Source: Squalus acanthias
Taxonomy: Eukaryota
Reading direction: 5' to 3'
Assembly: GCA_030390025.1 (NCBI GenBank)
Contig: CM059432.1
Location: forward strand, 56,050,001 to 56,114,000
DNA length: 64,000 nt
Both the position numbers and the translations under genes were made by a program. Shown in pieces: positions 1 to 11,931 of this stretch; the first letter of the stretch is position 1, and every line of letters starts with the position of its first letter. The notes beneath the pieces were generated by a model that had not been told where the DNA came from, did no database searches, and was given only the letters and a program-made list of their open reading frames with translations.

Positions 1-414
1 TGCCAATCTCACCGTTGCAGGAAAATCTAGGCTAATATAAAAGGAAATCAGAAAAAAACTTCAACTATTCTTTATAGCAAGGCTCCGGGAGGAAGAAGGC
101 AATCTGATTGCAGAGAATGATGGTATAGCGAAGCTATTGACCCAGATTATGGTGACGAATGCCAGAAGTCAGACCATTGTGCGTCCTAATCCTCCAATGG
201 CGAATTGACGCCAAATTTTACTGAAAAACTGATTTGAGTACCCCACAGCGCGGATAATAGCGAATCAGAAACTGGGCAGCCAATGGCCAATAAACGGATT
301 TAATTTTAAGAAAGAGAACGCATAACGGCCATCTTCAGTTTTCTTCCTATGTACTTCATTTTTAAATCATGTTTGCAGAATTATATAGAATCAGAACTAG
401 AATCTACAGAATCG

Positions 415-1420
415 CTGCAATTAGGTTTCCACCCCTGCCGCACGATTGAAATGGCCCTAACCAAAGTCACAAATAATGTCCACTGACCGTGACCATAATG
501 CATTATCCCTCCTTAATCTCGGAAATCTTTGAAATGGTCGACCATACCATCATTATCCGATGCCTCTCCTCCATTGTCCAGCTGAATGCGACTGCCCACA
601 ATCTGTTCCAGTCTTGGCTATCCAATCAGCCAGAGCAGCAGCAGCAATAGCTACTCTTCCAGTCCTCGTATCTTTATCTCCAGAGTCCCCAAGGATCCAT
701 TCTTGGCCTTGTCCTGTTCCTCATGGGCATGCTTCCTCTTGGCGACATAGGCTCAACATCCACATGTGCACTGACAACACCCAACTCTACCTCTCCTCTG
801 CCTCTCTCTCAAACCCTCCATTGCCTCTGATATTAAACTGCTTGTCTGATGTGCGGTCTTAGATGATCTGCAATTACCTCTAATTAAATATTGGGAAGAC
901 CAAAGAAATCGTCTTCGGCCCCCAAGACTCAATCCGTACCTTTGCCACCAAGTCTATCCCCCTTCCCAACCACTGTCTCAGGGTTAATCAAAGTGTTCGT
1001 ACCCTCAGTGTTCTATTTGACCCCGAGCTGAGTTTCAGCTCAATATCCTCTCCGTCGCAAAGAACGGCCTACTTCCACCGCCATAAACATTGCTCACCTC
1101 TACCCCGATCAGCCCACCTGCTGCTAAAACCCTCATCCATACCTCTGTCACCTCCAGACTCGACTATTCTAATGCTCTCGTGGTCAGCCTCTGGGTCCCT
1201 CCACACCTCCAATTTAAAATTCTCATCCTCCATAAATCCATTCAATGGCCTTGCCCTTCCTTATCTCCTCCAAATCTGAAAACCACTTCCCTCCATCCAA
1301 ATTCTCCATTCCTTTGACTGTAGCCTTTTGTACATACCCGCTCCATTTGCCTCACTGTTGGTGGCCATGCCTTCAGCCGCCTAGGCACAACACCCTGGAA
1401 TTCTCTGTCTAAGCCCCTTT
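415..1420 (+). mobile_element. L2 LINE fragment (decayed RT and 3' region)
   Basis: Broken frames with HMCTDNTQLYLS and TSRLDYSNAL; similar to other L2 copies in the window. Confidence 0.85.
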
Positions 1421-1740
1421 AAGCGTAGAATAGCCAACATCATATATCAGGCTAGATTATGGTAGTAAGGGATAATGGAATCAGTCTCCGAATACAAAGA
1501 GGAACAGAGACCAGCAGTGAAGTGTGGGAAGATGCGAGAAAGGAATCTTAATTGGTGGATTGGTGCCAGGGTGTCTGAGGACCAGGAAGGGGTTGTGAAA
1601 GGCGAATCTGTCTTTCGCTCCTAAATATCTAAGAGCGATAAGAAAGTGAAGGCCGTTGTACAAAATTAGTCATTAATGAATGGAGAATTTTTGGAAAACA
1701 ATAAACAGTACTAGTGAGAATGTACACAATGGGGAAGTCA

Positions 1741-3356
1741 TAGAGTCATAACGGCACAGAAAGAGGTCATTCGGCCCATCGAGTCCATGCCGGCTCTCTG
1801 TAAGCAATCCAGTCAGTCCCATTCCCCGGCTCTATCCTCGTAGCCCTGCAAGTTTATTTCCCTCAAGTGCCTATCCAGTCTCCCCTTGAAAACATTGAGT
1901 GTCTCCGCTTCCGCCACTTCCGTCGGCAGCAAATTCCAGGTCATCACCACTTGCTGCGTAAAAAAGTTTTTCCTCATATCCCCCCTGTATCTCTTGCCCA
2001 AAACCTTAAATCTCTGTCCCCTAGTCCTTGTATCATCAACTAGTGGGAACAGCCTTTCACCGTCTAGCCTATCCAAACCCATCATAATCTTGTACACCTC
2101 CATCAAATCACCCCTCAACCTCCTTTGCTCTAATGAAAACAAATCCAGCTTCTCCAACCTGTCATTGTAGCTAAGATCCCCCATCCCCAGAACCATTCTA
2201 GTAAATCTCCTCTGCACCCTCTCAAGGGCCTTCACATCCTTCCTAAAGTGTGGTGACCAGAACGGGACGCAATACTCCAGTTGTGGCCTAACCAGCGCTT
2301 TCTAAAGGTTCAGCATAACTTCTCTACTTTTGTACTCAATACCTCTTTTTATGAAGCCCAAGATCCCATATGCGTTGTTAACCACTCTCTCAATATGTCC
2401 TGCCACCTTCAAGGACCTATGCACATTAACTCCCAGGTCCCTCTGTCCCTGCACACTCTTTAAAACTGCGCCATTAAGTGTATATTGCCTCTCCCTGTTC
2501 CTTCTGCCAAAATGCATCACCTCACACTTCTCTGTATTAAATTCCATCTGCCACTTGTCTGCCCATTCTGCTAGCCTTTCTATGTCCTGTTGCAGTCGAT
2601 TGGCATCATCATCACTGTTTGCCACACCCCCAAGTTTGGTGTCATCGGCAAATTTAGAAATTCTACTCTGTATTCCAATATCCAGGTCATTTATATATAT
2701 CAAAAAAAGCAGTGGCCCCAGCACGAACACTTGGGGAACACCACTGTCTACCATCCTCCAGTCTGAAAAACAGCCATTTACCACAACTCGCTGTTTTCTG
2801 TCCTTAAGACAATTCCTTATCCAAGCCGCCACTGACCCACCTATTCCTCGAGCCTCAATTTTGTTAACCAGCCTTCTATGTGGTACTTTGACAAACGCCT
2901 TCCGAAAATCCATGTAGACAACATCCACTGCATTGCCTTCATCAATCCTCTCTGTTACTTCATCAAAAAATTCAATTAGTCAAACACGATCTGCCTTTTA
3001 CAAATCCGTGTTGGCTCTCCTTAATTAGCTTAAACCCCTCCAAGTGCCCATTAATTTTTTCCTTGATTATTGTTTCTAAAACTTTACCAACCACTGATGT
3101 TAAACTGACCGGCCTGTAGTTACTAGGATTGTCCTTGCACCCTTTCTTGAACAATGGTGTCACATTTGCCACTTTCCAATCCTTAGGCACCTCCCTCAGA
3201 TCTAAGGAAGATTGGAAAATTATGGCAAGCCCTTCTGCTATCTCCTCCCCCAATTCCCTTAGCAACCTGGGATGCAAGCCATCTGGACCAGGTGACTTGT
3301 CCACTCTAAGCATACCCAGCCTTTCTAGTACATCCTCTCTATCAATTTTCATCCCA
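1741..3356 (-). mobile_element. CR1 LINE, 5'-truncated, RT plus 3' tail
   Basis: Minus ORFs: KSPGPDGLHPRLL, NYRPVSLTS, VYMDFRKAF, KFADDTKLGG, LERVQRRFTRM. Confidence 0.93.
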
Positions 3357-3465
3357 GTAGTCGTAGTGTCGGCTGATGAGATGACTTATCAGCCAATCAT
3401 AATCACGCATTAACCACACAGTGTCAGAATGCGCTTACATACTAACCTCACACTTAAATGACAAT

Positions 3466-4258
3466 AGCCCGGATTTTGCTGTAATAATAACGGTGATGCT
3501 AACAGCACTCACCGTTATTATGGGGTAAATCGGACAGCAACTTCTGGCGTCCGCACATGCGCAGTTAAACGTGGAAATCCAGAAGTTGCTGTCAGAGATA
3601 CCCCACTCCTCCACAGGGTGTGCTGTTGCAGTCCTCGCCAATAGACCCGGCACTGAAATGACTGCAACGGCTTCAACTTGTTGCTGTACTTGCCCACTAG
3701 CTCTGCATTAAAAACAGCTGAAAAAGTTAGGGCTGGTGCATTCAAGAGTAAGTGAGTTTTTAACAGTGTGATAAGTGATAATTACTACTGAACAACCTCT
3801 CTGGCCCTGAAAAATTAATTTTACATGTAAGGAGGCTCATTCCCTCAGAAGAATGCTGGAGATTTTTAAAAATCTAAAAAAATTTTTTTTTGTTACTTTG
3901 ATGGTCTCGTTTATCTCTCTCCCTTAATCCCATCTGTATTTCCTAATCTTTATTTCACTTTCTGTACATAATTTAAATCTAATTTATATTTCCTGCTTTA
4001 TACTTCCTAGTTTGGACTGTGTGTGGCTCAGTGATGACTCTTCAAACTGATTGGTTGAAAAGCCTCACTGTTTCTTGTCCTGCTCACAGACACCACAGAT
4101 CCACTGTAGAGGGAACCGCGTTGGAATAGACACCCGATGACAGGAAGTCTCCGCTCTAAAGCCGGTCAAATCTTTGTGGGCAGCTGTCAGCAAGGTAAAC
4201 GGCGAGCGAGATGAACAGCGAGTGCCGTTCCTTCGCCACTGACCGCAAAATCCGGGCC
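3466..4258. mobile_element. MITE (non-autonomous, probably PIF/Harbinger superfamily)
   Basis: TIRs (a)GCCCGGATTTTGC / GCAAAATCCGGGCC; flanks AAT/ATT; internal homology with 25746-26489. Confidence 0.8.
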
Positions 4259-4828
4259 ATTAATTCTATAAAAGTACTGCACACCGGGGAATTTCAGGAG
4301 CTCTACCTCATCTTGCATAGGACTAGCGTGAGCAGTCTAGAAGACGTTGCTTGCGACTTCCGATATGTTCTTTGTTTGTATTGATGGTACCGGTCTTATG
4401 GATGCCGGTCATGGGTTGTAATAGTTTGATTATCAATAAGAGTAATAATCAGACATCTCATTAATCTTGAGTCCATGTGCCTGTATTATAAAAGCTACAC
4501 CCAACAAATTTTCAACCTCAACAGGACTTAAAGATAAGTGAGCGTTTGATTTGTCCATCTCTAATCAAGCAGTACCTATACATAGCAGATTTGGATAAGT
4601 ATGGAAGGACTGGCCGACTATGTAGACGCATATTTGCCGATGTGTCCCTGAGTTGGGAGATCTCAGACCTTATTAAGGAAATGTTGTAGCAAGAAGTAGG
4701 AACTAGTGAACAGATTGCAATTCTAGGTGGTGATACAGAAAACTAATGAGAGCCCACACGCTTACGTTGAGAGAATGTGGTTTATCTGGACAAAGTACCA
4801 GGTAGTCCCTGATCTAAATGCTATTCGT

Positions 4829-5190
4829 AACAACAAAATCATGCATTTATACAGCACTTTTAACATAGTAAAATGTCCCAAGGCACATTATCACACAAAA
4901 TTTGATACCGAGCCACAAGATATTAGGAAAAGTGACCAAAACCTTGGTCAAAGAGGTAAGTTTCAAGGAGCATCTTAAAGGAGGAGAGAGAGGCGGAGAG
5001 GTTTAGGGAGGGAATTCTAGAACTCAGGGCCTAGACAGCTGAAGAAACAGTCGCCAATGGTGGAGCGATGAAAATCAGGGATGTGCAAGAGACCAGAATT
5101 GTAGGAGCGCAGAGATCTTGGAGAGTTGTAGGGCTGGAGGAGGTTACAGAGATAGGGAGGGGCGAGGCCATGGAGGGATTTGAAAACAAG
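4829..5190 (-). mobile_element. L2 3' fragment inserted into the retroviral gag region
   Basis: ILVFKSLHGLAPPYLCNLLQPY on the minus strand, plus the L2 tail. Confidence 0.85.
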
Positions 5191-6214
5191 TATACTGGCC
5201 TTGTGCTGCAGGGCATATGCCTCCGATATCAGTGGACAGGTAAAGGTGGTATGGCAGGCAGGGCATACTCTGGCTGATTTGTTGGCTAGAGCAAATACCA
5301 TCACGGACAGACGAGGATGAAGCCCAGGGCTTACCTGTGGAGGGATTAAAATCTGTTCAACAAGAGCAAGACCCCTCCAGCAGGTTAACCCAAAATTAAG
5401 AGTTTATGGAATGTGGTCGAGGCAGGTGCCACAGGTGGGGAGGACGCGATAGACAGGAGCCCTCCTATTCTGAAGTTTGTAACCACCTAGAGAACCGCTG
5501 TCTCTACAAGGCCATTCATTATCTTCCCCGCAGGAAGGCAGTGCCGGTCCTCCAGTGCAATGAAGGCTGTAAATCCATTCCACCCAATCAACATTTGTCA
5601 ACCAGTTTAGGCTGGATGGGTGGGGATGATCCATTGTAACATCTGTTATCGGGGATAGTCAACAAGAGACACTCATTGATACAGGGTCGTCCGTTAACTT
5701 AACCACAAGGGTGACAGCAGAACAGATCATTTCACAGTTCATTATCATTCAGATAGTGATGGGCCCCGCGATACTGTTCTATCACAGTCTCGATTGCACT
5801 TCAGGTCGGGGAACGCGTTGATTTCTCTATTTGTAACTCACCATTGTGGCGCGTCCCGAAGCCTGATGGCAGCTGGCGCTTCACTATTGTTTACAGGGTG
5901 CTTAACAAATGCACACCGGCTGTGGCCCCGATCGTCTCCACCTATCCGGAGATGCTGGTGAAGTTAGTTAGCTCCTCCCACTGGTACTCCATGATCGACA
6001 TCGCCAATGGTTTCTGGAGCCAGCCCCTACACCTAGACTGCCAGTAAAAGCTTGTGTTCACCTTTGATGGTCAACAATACACTTGAACACTCTCCAGAGG
6101 TTTCCTAACAGCCCAGCCATTTTCCATGTTCACATGAAACCATTATCAACACCCTCAGCCGACCAGATTCGGTTGTTCAATACATGGACGGTATTCTCGT
6201 CCATACCAAAAATA

Positions 6215-7350
6215 TAATATAGTATAGTCAGCACGGATTTCAAAAGGGAAGGTCTTGATTAGCCAACCCTATTGAATTCTTTGAAGAAGTAACAGAACGA
6301 GTAGACAAGGGTAATGCATTAGATAATAAGTAATATACTTGGATTTTCAAAAGGCCTTCCATAATAGACTCATGACCAACGTCAGAGCATGTGGAATCAG
6401 GGGACAAGTAGCAGAATGGATAGCAAACTGGCTACAAAACAGAAAACAGAGTCGGGGTTAAGGGTTGTTACTCAGACTGGAAAAAGGTGGGAAGTGATGC
6501 TCCACAAGGATCCGTGCTGGGATTACTGTTGTTCACCATTTACATAAATGATTTGGACTCTGGAATCGGAAGTACAATTTCAAAATTTGCAGACAACACC
6601 AAATTAGGGGTATAGTTAATACTGAGGAAGACTGTGACAAGATACAAGAAGACATTAACAAACTTGCAGAATGGGTGTGTAATTGGCAAATGATTTTCAA
6701 TATAGCTAAGGTTGTGCATTTTGGTAGGAAGAGTAAGAAAGCCACATACTCCTTGGAAAACAAGAGTCTAACTGGGGTAGAGGAGCAAAGGGTTCGAGAG
6801 GTACGATACAAAAATCACTAAAAGTAGTGACACGGGTTAATAAGGCCATAAAAAAACAAAGCACTGGAGTTCATTTCTAGAGAGATAGAATTGAAAAACT
6901 GAGAAGTTATGTTAAATTTGTATAGGAACCTTGGTTAGATCACACTTGGAGTACTGTGCACAGTTCTTGTCTCCATATTATAAAAAGGATATAGAGGCAC
7001 CTGAGAAGGTGCAAAAAAGATTCACAAAGATGATACCAGAACTGAGGGGTTATATCTATCAGGAAGGATTGAATAGGCTGGGGTCCTTTTCACTAGAAAA
7101 GAGAAGGCTGAAGGATGACCTGATAGATGTCTAAGGTTATGAAAGAGTTTGATAGGGTAGATGTAGAGAAGATGTTTCCACTAATGGGGGGATGGGGGGT
7201 CAAAACTAGGGGCCATAAATATAAGATAGTCACTAATAGGTCTAATAGGGAATTCAAGAGAAACTTATTTACCCAGAGAGTGGTTAGAGTGTGGAACTCA
7301 CTACCACAAGGAGTAGTTGAGGAAAACAGCAGAGATGCAAGACAGGGGAA
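6215..7350 (+). mobile_element. CR1 LINE fragment
   Basis: Decayed RT (DFQKAF, KFADNTK) and MVRSHLEYCAQF...VQKRFTKMIPEL. Confidence 0.88.
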
Positions 7351-7830
7351 CATAGGAAGAGGAGTAGGCCATTCAGCCTCTCGAGCCTGTTCGCCATTCA
7401 ATTAGATCCTGGCTTATCTGTATTTTAACTCCATCTACCCGTCTTGGCTCCGTTACCTTTAATTCCCTTGCCTAACAAAAATTTATCAATCTCAGTTTTG
7501 AAATTTTCAATTGACCTAGCCTTAACAGCTTTTTGGAAAAGAAAATTCCAGATTTCCACGACCTTTTATGTGAAGAAGTGCTTTCTGACATCACCCCTGA
7601 ACTGCCTAGCTCTAATTTTAAGGTTATGCCCCCTTGCTCTGGACACTTCCCCTAGAGGAAATCATTTCCCTCTCTCTACCCTATCAAATCATTTTAAGAC
7701 ACCTCAATTAGATCACCCTTTAATCTTATATACTCAAGGGAATACAAGCCTAGCCTATGCAGTCTAACCTCATAATTTAACCTTTTTAGACCTGGTATCA
7801 TTTTGATGAATCTGTATGCACCCCCTCCAA
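7350..7830 (-). mobile_element. CR1 LINE 3' fragment
   Basis: MIPGLKRLNYEVRLHRLGLYSLE on the minus strand, plus CR1 tail. Confidence 0.8.
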
Positions 7831-7834
7831 GAAA

Positions 7835-8295
7835 AGAAAGAAAGACTTGCATTTGCCTTTCACGACCACTGGACATCTTAAAGCACTTTACAGCCAAATA
7901 AGTACTTTTTGAAGTGTAGTCACTGTTGTAATGTAGGAAATGTGGCAGCCAATTTGCGCACAGCAAGGTCTCACAAACAGCAATGTGATAACGACCAGAT
8001 AATCTGTTTTAGTGATGTTGATTGAGGGATAAATATTGGCCAGGACACCGGGGATAACTCCCCTGCTCTTCTTCGAAATAGTGCCATGGGATCTTTTACA
8101 TCCACCTGAGAGCACAGACGGTGCCTGGGTTTAACGTCTTATCTGAAAGACGGCGCCTCCAACAGTACAGCACTCCCTCAGTACTGCACTGGAGTGTCAG
8201 CCTAGATTTCTGTGCTCAAGTCTCTGGAGTGGGTCTATGAACCCACAACCTTCTGATTCAGAGGCAAGGATGCTACCAACTGAGCCACGGCTGAT
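7835..8295 (-). mobile_element. tRNA-derived DeuSINE (SacSINE1/AmnSINE1-like), near full length
   Basis: Minus strand has A box TGGCTCAGTTGG, a B-box-like GGTTCA, Deu-domain-like ...GACGTTAAACC...AAAGATCCCATGGCACT...CCCCGGTGTCCTGGCCAA, and an L2-like tail. Confidence 0.75.
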
Positions 8296-8389
8296 ACAAT
8301 ATATCCTTCCTGAGGTGCATTTCCCAGAATTGCATGCAGTACTCCAGATGGGGTCTCACCAGAGCTCTGTACAGCTGTAACCTAACTTC

Positions 8390-10520
8390 CACCACAAACC
8401 GTCTTCTTAAACCATGTCTCACGTCTTTCTCTAGAGTCTATCCCATCTCCTGCAATGTTCTCTCTGACCTCATCTTGTCCATGCGCCCCACCTCCTGCTC
8501 CCTCGATCGTATTCCGACCAAACTGTTGACCACTCACCTTCCCTTCCTCAGCCCCATGTTAGCTGATATTGTTAACACTTCCCTCTCCTCGGGCACTGTC
8601 CCTGCCCCCCACCTGTCAATTCTTTTCTTTATTCGTTCCTGGGATGTGGGCATCGCTGGCAAGGCAAGCATTTATTGCCCATCCCTAATTGCCCTCGAGA
8701 AGGTGGTGGTGAGCCGCCACCTTGAACCGCTGCAGTCCGTGAGGTGAAGGTACTCCCACAGTGCTGTTAGGGAGGGAGTTCTAGGATTTTGACCCAGCGA
8801 CAATGAAGGAACGACAATATATTTCCAAGTCAGGATGGTGTGTGACTTGGCGGGGAACTTGGAGGTGGTGGTGTTCCCATGCGCCTGCTGCCCTTGTCCT
8901 TCTAGGTGGTAGAGGTCGTGTGTTTGGGAGGTGCTGCCGAAGAAGATTTGGCGAGTTGCTACAGTGCACACTGCAGCTACGGTGCACCGGTGGTGGAGGG
9001 AGTGAATGTTTAAGGTGGTGGATGAGGCGATAATCAAATGGGATCAAACTAGTCCAGTAACATAACCACTATGCTACCGTACCACAATGATCTACTGTCA
9101 TCACTCCTCTCCTCAAAAAACCCAACCTTGACCCCTCTATCCTTGCAAACTCCCTTTTCTCACCAAAGCCCATCTTTTCTGCTAGTCCATGTTTGAATCC
9201 CTACAATCAGGTTTCTGGCCCAGTCACAGTACTGAACCAGCCCATGTCAAAGTTACAAATGACATTCTTTGTGACTGTGACCATGATAAACTATCCCTCC
9301 TCATCCTTCTCGACCTATCTGCAGCCTTCGACACAGTTGAACACACCATCCTCCTCCAAAGCCTCTCCACCATCGTCCGGCTGGGTGGAACTGCCCTAGC
9401 TTGGTTCCATTCTTATCTATCTAATCGTAGCCAGAGAATCACCTGCAATGGCTTCTCTTCCCACTCCCGCACCATTACCTCTGGAACCTCCAAGGTTCTA
9501 TCCTTGGCCCCCTTCTATTTCTCATCTACATGCTGCCCTTCGGCGATATCCGAAAGCACAACATCAGGTTCCACATGTATGCCGATGACACTCAGCTCTA
9601 TCTCACCACCACCTCTTTGGACCCCTCCACTGTCTCTGATTTGTCACACTGCTTGTCCGACATCCAATATTGGATGAGCAGAAATTTCCTCCAACTAAAT
9701 ATTGGGAAGACTAAAGCCATTGTCTTTGGTCCCCGCCACAAACTCTGTTCCCTGACCACCGTTTCCAACCCTGGCAACTGTCTTAAGCTGAGCAAGACCG
9801 TTCACAACCTTGGTATTGTGTTTGACCCCGAGATGAGTTTCCGACCACATATCCTCACCATCACCAAGACTGCGTACTTCCACCTCCATAACATCGCTCG
9901 ACTCTGCCCCTGCCTCAGCTCACCTGCTGCTGAAACCCTCATCCATGCCTTTGTTACCTCTAGACTTGACTATTCCAATGCTCTCCTGGCCAGCCTCCCA
10001 TCTTCCACCCTACATAAACTTGTGCTCATCCAAAACTCTGCTGCCAATCCTTAACTCGCTCCAAATCTCGTTCACCCATCACCGCTGTGCTTGCTAACCT
10101 TCACTGGCTCCTGGTCCGACAACACCTCCATTTTAAAATCCTCATCCTTGTTTTCAAATCCCTCAATGGCCTCACCCCTCCCCATCACTGTAGCCTTCTC
10201 CAGCCCTACAAGCCTTCGAGATCTCTGCGCTCTTCCAATACTGACCAGATGTGCATCCCCGATTTTAATTGCTCCACCACTGGCGGCCATGCTTTCAGCT
10301 GCCTTGGCCCTAAGCTCTGGTATTACCTCCCTAAACCTCTCCACCTTTCTATCTCTCTCTCCTCTTTTAAGATGCTCCTTAAAATCTACCTCTTTGATCA
10401 AGCTTTTGGTCATCTGTCCTGATATCTTCTTCTGTGGCTCGTTTTTAAAAAAAAATTTTGACATCGCTCTTGTAAAGCACTTTGGGACGTTTTACTATGT
10501 TAAATGCGTTATATAAATGT
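8390..10520 (+). mobile_element. L2 LINE, interrupted at ~8620-9085 by an antisense LINE 3' fragment and a SINE head
   Basis: [42 protein letters not shown] and the L2 tail. Confidence 0.9.
8620..9040 (-). mobile_element. 3' fragment of a second CR1-superfamily LINE family
   Basis: Tail ...GGGCAATAAATGCTTGCCTTGCCAGCGATGCCCACATCCC, shared with copies at ~15925-16185, ~24605-24735 and ~46640. Confidence 0.75.
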
Positions 10521-10814
10521 AATGATGCGGTGATTTCCAGCAAAAAAAGTTTAAAAAAAATTTGTTTTCCATACAGACTCCAGCATCTGCCACATTTGAC
10601 CCCTTGTGACCCCACCTCATTGTCTTTGTTGTATTTTGCTATCGTCTTTGATGTAATGTCTTCTTGACTGACCTGGTTGGACACCATCCACACCTTTGAT
10701 TGCCGTGATTGTCTCTCTGCCGAGGTGTGATAAAGGGCAGTTAGAAAGATTAACTGTAGTCGTCTGGCAGTGTTCTCTGACTATATATGCTGTGCCCATA
10801 TGTATTTCTTCACT

Positions 10815-10851
10815 TCACCTGACGAAGGAGCAGCGCTCTGAAAGCTTGTGA
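10815..10851 (+). ncRNA. Minimal type I hammerhead ribozyme motif in a Penelope-like remnant
   Basis: UCAC-CUGACGA-AGGAGC(AGC)GCUCU-GAA-AGCU-U-GUGA: intact core, stem II, palindromic stem III, and stem I UCAC/GUGA. Confidence 0.7.
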
Positions 10852-10899
10852 TTTCAAATAAAGCTGTTGGACTATAACCTGGTGTTGTGCGACTTCTCA

Positions 10900-11393
10900 C
10901 TTATATAAATGTAAGTTATTGTCGTACTCCAGTCCTCTTGAGATAAAGGTCAACCTTCCATTAGCCTTTTTAATTCTTCTTTGTACCTGCCCACTAGCTT
11001 TTAGTGATTTATGTACTTGGACTTGGACCCCTAAATCTCTCTGCTCAGCCACAGTTCCTAGCTTCTTGCCATTTAGAAAATACTCTGATCTATATTTTCC
11101 CACATTGAACTGCCACAGTTTTGCCCACTTAGTTAATCTATCAATGTCCCTTTGCAACTTTCAGCTCCCACCTACCTATGTCATTCGCAAACTTAGATAT
11201 ACAACTCTCTATTCCTTCATCCAAGCCATTCATAAATATCGTGAAAAGCTGAGGCCCAGTACAAATCCCTGGGGGACACCATTAGTCACATTCTGCTAAT
11301 TTGAATGCATACCTATTATCCCTAATCTCTGTCTCCTACCTCCTAACCAAGCCAATATGATGCCTCCAATTCCATGCGCTCTCATTTTTGTTA
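10900..11393 (-). mobile_element. CR1 LINE fragment
   Basis: MQRDIDRLTKWAKLWQ...EQRDLGVQV on the minus strand. Confidence 0.8.
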
Positions 11394-11698
11394 AGGTCTA
11401 GAAATTGGATACAGCCTGAAAACGGGCGGTGTCATGGCCCAGTGCTATTAAGCTGCGCAGGGTGAAACTGGTCTACGTACAGGAAACTCTCGTTTAACCG
11501 GCACCTAAATATCCGGAATTCTCTATTAACCGGCAAAAATCATACTCTGAAAACTCCTCTCAAATAACCGGCAATGTTGCCGAGTCCGAGTCTCCCGCGA
11601 ACGCCGAGTTAGTCAGTGGGGGTAGTTCTCCAAAGTGCCACTACTCGGCTTCCTGGCGCTGTCGGAAGTCCGAACACTGCAATAACAGGAGTCTGATT

Positions 11699-11895
11699 CT
11701 CCCGCGCTGCCGCGAGTCTCTTCTGATCGGCCATTTTACTGTGTGTCTCCCGCGCTGCTGGTAGTCTCTTCTGATACACCATTTTACTGTGTGTCTCCCA
11801 CGCTGCTGGTAGTCTCTTCTGATACACCATTTTACTGTGTGTCTCCCACGCTGCTGGTAGTCTCTTCCTAGCCACCATTGTTCTGTGTGTCTCTC
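11699..11895. repeat. 48-bp minisatellite (~4 copies) inside the Tigger 5' region
   Basis: Unit CTCCCACGCTGCTGGTAGTCTCTTCTGATACACCATTTTACTGTGTGT. Confidence 0.9.
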
Positions 11896-11931
11896 CATCT
11901 TTATCGGGAATTATCTCCCCCATCTTGCATT

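Larger units (their letters stand above)
3362..6207 (+). mobile_element. Decayed endogenous retrovirus-like LTR element (putative LTR, gag, protease, partial RT), interrupted by a MITE and an L2
   Basis: MHR-like QKTNESPHAYVERM (~4733-4775); protease LIDTGSSVNL (~5672-5701); RT CNSPLWRVPKPDGSWRFTIVYRVLNK...IDIANGFWSQPL...FTFDGQQYT...NSPAIFH...QYMDGILV (~5832-6201); LTR-like CCAAT/TATA region ending ...CCCAACA near 4507. Confidence 0.8.

Noticed and set aside
100..400. Second promoter (CCAAT boxes, GCCATCTT YY1-like site, retained CpGs)
   Set aside because: Only short motifs, with no associated exon visible in the window.
8200..8295. tRNA genes (also ~19280, ~20100, ~25545, ~57730)
   Set aside because: The A/B-box-like heads continue into SINE bodies and no complete cloverleaf is evident.
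11609..11923. Minus-strand ORFs with 16-aa repeats
   Set aside because: By-product of the 48-bp minisatellite.
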